From Octopus vulgaris (Eukaryota), in assembly GCA_951406725.2 (NCBI GenBank), contig OX597836.1, positions 37,386,001-37,450,000 on the forward strand: 64,000 bases of DNA, written 5' to 3'. The first letter of the stretch is position 1, and the number at the start of each line of letters is the position of its first letter. A program made the position numbers and the translations under genes. This document shows, in pieces, positions 56,588-64,000 of the stretch. The notes beneath the pieces were generated by a model. It worked only from the letters and a program-made list of their open reading frames with translations. It had not been told where the DNA came from and did no database searches.

Positions 56588-57409
56588 GTGCGTGTGTGTG
56601 TGTGTGTGTGTGTATTTTTATTTCTTTCGTTTTATTTTAATATGCAGCATGTGTGAAAAATCTGCGATATGTCAGAGGCGTTAGAACGCCGGGCAAAATG
56701 CTTACCGCCCTTTCGTCTGGCGTTACGCTCTGAGTTTGAATTCCGCCGCTGACGACTTTGCTTTTCGTCTTTCGAGGAAGCACCAGTTGAGTACTTGGGA
56801 TCGATGTAATTGAGCTGCCCTCTCCCCTAAACTTGCTGGTCTTGAACCAAAATTTGAAATGAATATATATGTGCGTGTTTGTAAAGACGTATCTTTGCGT
56901 GGAGATATGTGTTGAATTTTGGAGGGAAATTTTGTCAACAAAAAACTCACACAATGGCTATACTTCATTCGTTTTGACATTATCAAACTTGCTAATTAAT
57001 TAACCAAGTAATTATTTGATTGATTTATTAATCGTTAGATCAATCAATTCAATCTGTTGTGCTTTGCCATTCTGGAACTCATCAATGACGGGACTTCGTT
57101 ATTCCAAGTTACGAACGGCGACGTTAGTATGCTGACAAACTGATTAATTTGTTTCATTGCATGATTACCCAAGAGGCCGATTAGTTATTCGGTTAATTAG
57201 ATAACTAGTTGTTTAATAACAATAAGAAGATTAAAAAAGAACCATAGTTGGTGTGGCTGTGTTGTAAGAAGTTTGATTCTCCACCACATGGTTTCAGGTT
57301 CATCCCACAGCGAGATACTTTGGGCAGCAACTGTCTTTTACTCTAGCCCCGAGGCAATGCAGGGTTTTGAATGCTAGGCAGAAACTGAAAGAAGACCATC
57401 GTATATATA

Positions 57410-57921
57410 TTGGGTCGTCCTGAAAATTCGTGTCGAATTATAGTTGCTTAACTTTCGACTTATTATAGAACATGGTTGAGTCCATAAAATAGGATTTGAC
57501 TACATCTCCATTTAGAGCACAGTTTAAGCTATCTTTTCGAAAGTTTTATGTTCGTATAACCTGTGTTAATTCTGTAACCCTTTAAAATGGAAGATAAGAA
57601 AGTTCGTTTTCGGCACTTGATGCTTTGGGAACGCCACCCTCCATATTCACCAAATATTACTCCTTCGGATTTCCATTCTGCAGAATAGTTTCAATGGTAA
57701 AAATTTCAATTCTTTGGAAGACGTAAAAAGGGACCTTGATGAATTCTTTGCCATGAAACTACATCAATTCTGGGAAGAGGGTATTTTCAAGTTAAAGGAA
57801 AGATCGAGACGTATTGTGCAACAAAATGTTTCAAATTTGGTTGGTTAAAAATGTAATGGCAAGTATTTTTTGACCTTTTTCTTTCCTTCAAAGATCGGCA
57901 CGAACTTTCCGGACAACCCAA
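57410..57921 (+). mobile_element. Internally deleted mariner (non-autonomous)
   Basis: TA-flanked TIRs TTGGGTCGTCCTGAAAATTCGTG / CACGAACTTTCCGGACAACCCAA. MEDKKVRFRHLMLW is fused directly to HPPYSPNITPSDFH. Confidence 0.88.
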
Positions 57922-58057
57922 TACATATGCGTGTGAGTTTAGATGGATATATCATCCGGGAGAATAACGTGGTAGCTCTCAGTTATGTTTCAGGTTACGG
58001 CTAACAGCCTCGATGAGTATTTAACGTCTATGAATACCAGGAGTTGCCTCTCATGCT

Positions 58058-58865
58058 GTAAAGACATGTACTGTGTTCGTTAAATAAATAATATTTATCT
58101 CGCACCAGATAGAGTACTCTTTTTGTTGAATTTTCTATCACAGAACAGTACATTACACACGCACACACACACACCACACACTCACACACAAACACACACA
58201 CACCACACCACACTCTCACACACACACACACATATACACACATAAGTAAAATTATATAAAAAGCACGTTGCTTCAATAAACCTTTTGAATTCAAAGAATG
58301 TATGATTTTCTTCCTTTCAAATCAAGGGAGCAATTTTCGCGTAATTGGTTAAAAAGGTCCCCGACCCGTATTGGATAGAGCATATATTCATGGATAATTC
58401 CGTGTCCCCTTCAATGGATGGTAATATTTTCTTAACTTTATATTTTCAATCACTATAATGATAGAAAATATGGAGACTTGTACATATTCAAAATTTATAG
58501 CCTACTATTTTACAATGTCATACTGTTTAACCATGAATATATGCTCTATCCAATACGGGTCGGGGACTTTTTTTAACCAATTACACCAAAATTGCTCCCT
58601 TGATTTGAAAGGAAGAGAATCATACATTCTTTCAATTCAAAAGGTTTATTGAAGCAACGTGCTTTTTATATAATTTTACATATGTGTGTATATGTGTGTG
58701 CGAGTTTGTGTGTGTGAGTGTGGTGTGTGTGTGTGAGAGAGAGTGTGTGTTTTTGTGTGTGTGTGTGTAATGTACTGTTCTGTGATAGAAAATTCAACAA
58801 AAAGAGTACTCTATCTGGTACGAGATAAATATTATTTATTTAACGAACACAGTACATGTCTTTAC
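58058..58865. mobile_element. Fold-back element / long-TIR MITE with ~335-bp arms
   Basis: 58058-58393 is nearly the reverse complement of 58531-58865, including mirrored CA/TG tracts; spacer about 137 bp. Confidence 0.85.
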
Positions 58866-58886
58866 GTGCTACTAATAGTTTCACAC

Positions 58887-59190
58887 TGGAGGCGCAATGG
58901 CCCAGTGGTTAGGGCAGCAAACTCGCGGCCAGAGGATCGTGGTTTCGATTCCCAGACCGGGCTTTGTGTGTATTTATTGAGCGAAAACACCTAAAAGCTC
59001 CACGAAACTCCGGCAGGTGGGGGGGCGAGCCCTGTTGTACTCTTGCACCACAACTTTCTCTCGCTCTCTCTTCCTGTTCCTTGAGTAACGCTGCGATGGA
59101 CTGGCGTCCCGTCCAGCTGATGGGGGAACACATACCCCACAGAAACCGGGAAACCGGGCCCATGAGCCTAGCTAGGCTTGAAAAGGGGCG
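58887..59190 (+). mobile_element. SINE family D
   Basis: GGAGGCGCAATGGCCCAGTGGTTAGGGCAGC head; A-rich tail. Confidence 0.85.
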
Positions 59191-59666
59191 AAAAAGAAAA
59201 AAAAAGAAATAGTTTCATATGTTGAGAAATATCTCAAGCATATTCTGCAGGGACAAATGTCATAGCATAACGAACTAAAAAAAATGAATACAAGAAGAAA
59301 CGCAGAAGAAACTGAGAAGGCAGCATAATAGAAAACACAGAATGTAAAAAACGGAAAACGAAAACGCAAAAATTAAGATCTAAGAAGTAAAAAGTAAAGA
59401 GGTAAAAGAGTTATTCTCTTTAGACCATAAGTTATAAGGCTGGAAAGATATCAACAAATTAATCGGGAATAAACGGAATTTTCCGCTTCTTCGAAATATA
59501 TTTATATACATGCATGCAACCGGTCACACATTTCTGACCTAGAGATCTTTAGAAAGTTAGGGATCTTAGATCTGAAGAAAATCTACGTTCTTTCAACTAA
59601 ACAAAGCCTACATTTATTCGATCCATGAACATAAATTATGGATTTCTCAATTACTTTGCACTTAAT

Positions 59667-59797
59667 CACGGGGGTATGTTGAAAAATTCCTGGCTTTTGG
59701 GTAAAAGAAAATATAAGAGGAACAGTTAATTATGATTTTGTTCAACATTTTCCCTTCTCAGATTCACACACTTATTGCAGCGGCCCTTCAGTTTTTC
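59667..59797 (-). mobile_element. Mariner 3' end fragment
   Basis: TIR-like CGGGGGTATGTTGAAAAATTCCTGG; minus strand gives a KCVNLR..VE-type mariner C-terminus. Confidence 0.55.
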
Positions 59798-59804
59798 ACC
59801 CACT

Positions 59805-59862
<58 letters not shown>

Positions 59863-60813
59863 TCTCTCTGTGTCTGTGTCTCTACAAAAATGTGTGCGCT
59901 GAAGTGTCTTTCGTATTAAGTACACAATTGTTATATTTCACTTGATTTAGTATTATTAAACTTGTCAATTAATTAACCACCTAACTATTTGTTTGCTAAA
60001 TCGTTAGATTAATCAATCCACTCCAATCCAATGTTGTTGTCTGCCATTCTGTAACTCATCAATTATGGTCTTTGTTACTCCAGGTCACGAATGGCAACGT
60101 TGGGACGCTGATAAACCAAATGATTAATTTGTTTCATCGAATGATTACCCACCGGTCGATTAGTTATTTGGCTAATTAGATAAAAAGTTTTGCTAATAAC
60201 AAACAATAAGCAGTTTAAAAATCTGAAACAGACGTGGCTGTGTTATAAGAGGGTTGCTTCATAACCATACAGCTTCGGGTTCATTCCTTCTGCCAGCTAC
60301 TTTGGGCAGCAATTATCTTCTACCGGGGCCGATGAAAGCTTTTGAGTGGATGAGGTGGTCGGAAACTGAAACCAGCCTATTCTCTGTGTATGAGTGCGTG
60401 TATGCATGTGTTTCGGTTTATGCTCCCATCGCTGCGTGGCTAACGATGTGGGTTTGTTCATGTCCCCGTAACCTAGCGGTTTTGGAAAAGGAAGCCATAG
60501 AATAAGTACAAGACTTTTCTAAAATCATTTCTGATTTCGACCGTGAGCTGTATACACTAACCAGTAAACCACGCACCTTTACACACGCACACACATTCAC
60601 AAACACACCTATATATTTATATAAATATACATATACATACACGCACACATACATACACACATACATACATACATACATACATACATACATGCAAGCATGC
60701 ATACATACATACATACATATATACATATATACATACATACATACATACATGCATACATGCATACATGCAAACAAATATACATACATGCATGCATGCATGC
60801 ATACATACATACA

Positions 60814-60844
<31 letters not shown>

Positions 60845-61071
60845 GAGTGGATTTGGTAGACTGAAAAAATCCCGTTGTGCGTGTGTGTATCTATGTGCGC
60901 GTGTGTCTGGTTTTGTGAATATGCTTTAGTTTCTCCCCATCAACACTTGACAAGCGGTATTGGTTTGTTTGCATCCCGTTAACCTATCATTTCGGCAAAA
61001 AGGAAAAAAAACGATAGAACAAGAGCCAGCGTTTAAAAAATAAGTGTCAGTGTCGTTTTGTTCGTCCAAAC

Positions 61072-61399
61072 CAGGGTTTCTCAACAATTTTTTATCTATG
61101 GACCCCTTTCAAATACTATTCAATTCTGGTGGACCCCTAAGCCATTCAATGTTTAAAAACTAGTTTTATAGAAACCTCTTTCAAAATTCCCATTTTGTTT
61201 TACACTTCAACTTGTGTAAGATGCACTATGAAAAGTGTTAGAGAAAGACACCCAGCTCTTTCATGGAATACACACCAATACACACACCTAAAGCAAAAGT
61301 TTTTCAGGCCCCTTAAAATACTATTGTGGGTCCTCAATTTACTATTTTGTTGCATGGATACGCCAAAGTATTATATGGACGTCTGGTTGAGGACCAATG
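61072..61399. mobile_element. hAT (Charlie/Buster-like) MITE inserted in a family B SINE
   Basis: Ends CAGGGTTTCTCAAC / GTTGAGGACCAATG; 8-bp TSD GTCCAAAC (61064-61071) / GTCTAAAC (61400-61407). Confidence 0.78.
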
Positions 61400-62238
61400 G
61401 TCTAAACCATTCAAAGTGGTGGCCTAGTATGGTCGCAGTCTAATGACTGAAACAAGTAAAAGATATAAGTAATGGTTTTCGTTATAGTTAATTTTACCAG
61501 TTTGTATACTGTTTAGAAGATCTGCAGCCATTTGAGTCGTTGTCAAAATTAGCTTTTCAATAAAATGTGCCCGCGCTTCTTTAGATGTTGTATGCACGAA
61601 AAGATTCGACTCATTGAAACAACGACGCCAGCACGGTAAGACTTAAGAATTAACTGTCAGTTCTTATGATAAGGAAAAAGAAAATACGGGCTGTTATATG
61701 TATGAATGTATGTATGTATGTATGTATGTATGTATGTATGTATGTATGTATGTATGTATGTGTGTGTGTATGTATGTATGTATGTATGTATGTATGTGTG
61801 TGTGTATGTATGTATGTATGTATGTATGTATGTATGTATGTATATATGTGTGTATGTACGTATTTATGTATGTATGTATGTATGTATTTATGTATGTATG
61901 TATGTATGTATGCATGTTTGTATGTATGTATGCATGTATGTATGTATGTATGTATGTATGCATGTATGTATGTGTATATGTATCTATGTATGTATGTATG
62001 TATGCATGTGTGTATGTGTGTATGTATGTAAACATATCTGTATATAAGTGTGTGTGTGTGTGTGTGTGCGTTTATGACTGTATGTGTGTGCATACATACA
62101 TATATATGTATGTGTATCTGTTTGTATATATGTATATGTACACATGCATATGCATGTATATGTATATGTATATATATATATGTGTGTGTGTGTATGTTTG
62201 TGTATATACGTACATACATTTACACACACACACACGCA

Positions 62239-62273
<35 letters not shown>

Positions 62274-62578
62274 AAACACATATAAACACAAAGATTTGCA
62301 CTTTTATATCTGTTTGTCTTATGGCCTTTTCAGTTAATTGTTTCTATGTTCCATTTTGATTTTTCATTAATATTCCCAGCGCACGCAACCTCTAAGCGGT
62401 TTTTGGCCATCAATTGATGTCCCCCCCCCCCACTCTTGTTGTGACCATTCCATCTTTTTTCACCCATTCTCCATTCTTCATTTCTCTCTAATTTGTATTT
62501 CTCTCATGTTTTCACTATTATTTCATACTTTCATCTTGTTCTCAATGCAGTTTACATACGTTTTCCAAGTGTTTTCGG

Positions 62579-62649
<71 letters not shown>

Positions 62650-62905
62650 TTCTCTCTCTCTGCACTCTTTCAAATTTTCTCTTCCATTTCTTTACCTCTC
62701 TGACATTCCTCTAATCGCTACCGCCATTACTTCGGACCAAAACCAATTTTCTTCCATTATGTTCCTTTCGATTCTAAATTTCCTTGTAGACATTGGTTAA
62801 TTCTCACCTTTGCCTCCTACCATAGTCCACAATGTTATTCGCGCCCTTTCTTTCTTTAACGCTGGGTTTATAATGTTTGTGTGCCTGTATGTATATGTAT
62901 GTATG

Positions 62906-62957
<52 letters not shown>

Positions 62958-62990
62958 GAGAGACACACAAACAGACAAGGACAGACAGAC

Positions 62991-63038
<48 letters not shown>

Positions 63039-63052
63039 ATTAGATATATATA

Positions 63053-63091
<39 letters not shown>

Positions 63092-63145
63092 TATAGATAG
63101 ATATAGATATATATATATATATATATATATAGATAGATATACATG

Positions 63146-63547
63146 CATAAATGGGTACAGGACGTCACTAACGGTGCAATAACAACAGATACGTAAACAA
63201 ACGAGGGAAAAACGAGAAAAAACGAGAAAATGGAAAACAGGACAAGTTAACAGAGAGAAAGCACCCTTCATCAGTTGCCGGCTGCCTGTCTATTCATCAT
63301 TTCGAGCTTTCAATGACAATATGAATCTTCAAAATAGTTGCTCTCATAAATCCCAAATTTTATTTTAGAATTTATGACAGCAACTGTCTTTGAAGACTCA
63401 TAATGCTGTTGAATGCTCGAAATGATGAGTAGAAAGACAGCCGTGTTACCCTGTCCTGTTTTCCATTTTCTCTTTCACTCGTTTTTCCCTCGGTTGTTTG
63501 CGTATTTCTTATTATTTGTACAGTTGGTGACGTCTTGTACCCATTTA
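63146..63547. repeat. Diverged inverted duplication of a repeat terminus beside a TA-rich tract
   Basis: AAATGGGTACAGGACGTCAC..GAAAATGGAAAACAGGACA (63149-63245) mirrors 63451-63546; 63290-63350 mirrors 63371-63430. Confidence 0.75.
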
Positions 63548-64000
63548 GAACAGCACTAAATTTTTAATTTGCAGACTATTATCCCCCACGGACTGAGCAC
63601 AACCCCCTCCTCCTCCTCCTAGTGACTGCCTCTTCATCTCCCGCAACAAGCAACTTAATTTCTTTTCTTATTTTTCATTTCTTACTTGTAATTGCTCCTT
63701 TTATGTTGCATTAACTTCTTTATCGCTTTTCAACCTTTTTTATATTTTATTGTGTTTATATTTTTTGTTTTTTTTTATTATTTATAATTTATTGTTTTTA
63801 TAAATTATTGCTTTTATTGTATTTTATATATATTATATTTTAACCTGTTTTTATATTTTATTGTTTTTATACTTTTTGTTTTTTATTGTTTATAATTTAT
63901 TGTTTTTATAAATTATTGTTTCTGTTTCTATATACAAACACACATACACACACATACTTACATATCCACAAACGTACATATACCCCCCATACACCACCCA

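Noticed and set aside
63260-63440. CTGATGAAGG and TTGAAGA..GCTCGAAA motifs
   Set aside because: I could not assemble core, stem II and stem III consistently into one fold.

Overview
AT-rich, microsatellite-saturated eukaryotic DNA. The tRNA-derived SINE families and repeat landscape match what I recall of coleoid cephalopods, most likely Octopus (inference, not a database match). I can support no host protein-coding exon: almost every ORF in the track is a translation of (TA)n, (CA)n, (GATA)n, (CATA)n, (TTC)n, (ATC)n or (TTA)n. The window contains about 30 SINE copies from 4 families; LINE fragments (RTE, CR1, Dong/R4-like, Tx1/L1-like); mariner/Tc1, hAT and Helitron elements; and a Penelope-like element (PLE) with a GIY-YIG endonuclease. 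Four signals stand out. (1) At least seven type I hammerhead-ribozyme folds from about six unrelated sequence families, each in a short unit ending at a microsatellite. (2) Retroelement clades appear to partition by microsatellite type (PLE at TA, Tx1 at GATA, Dong at TAA). (3) Head-to-tail SINE concatemers share a recurrent GGTA/TACC junction. (4) Several long or perfect fold-back palindromes.
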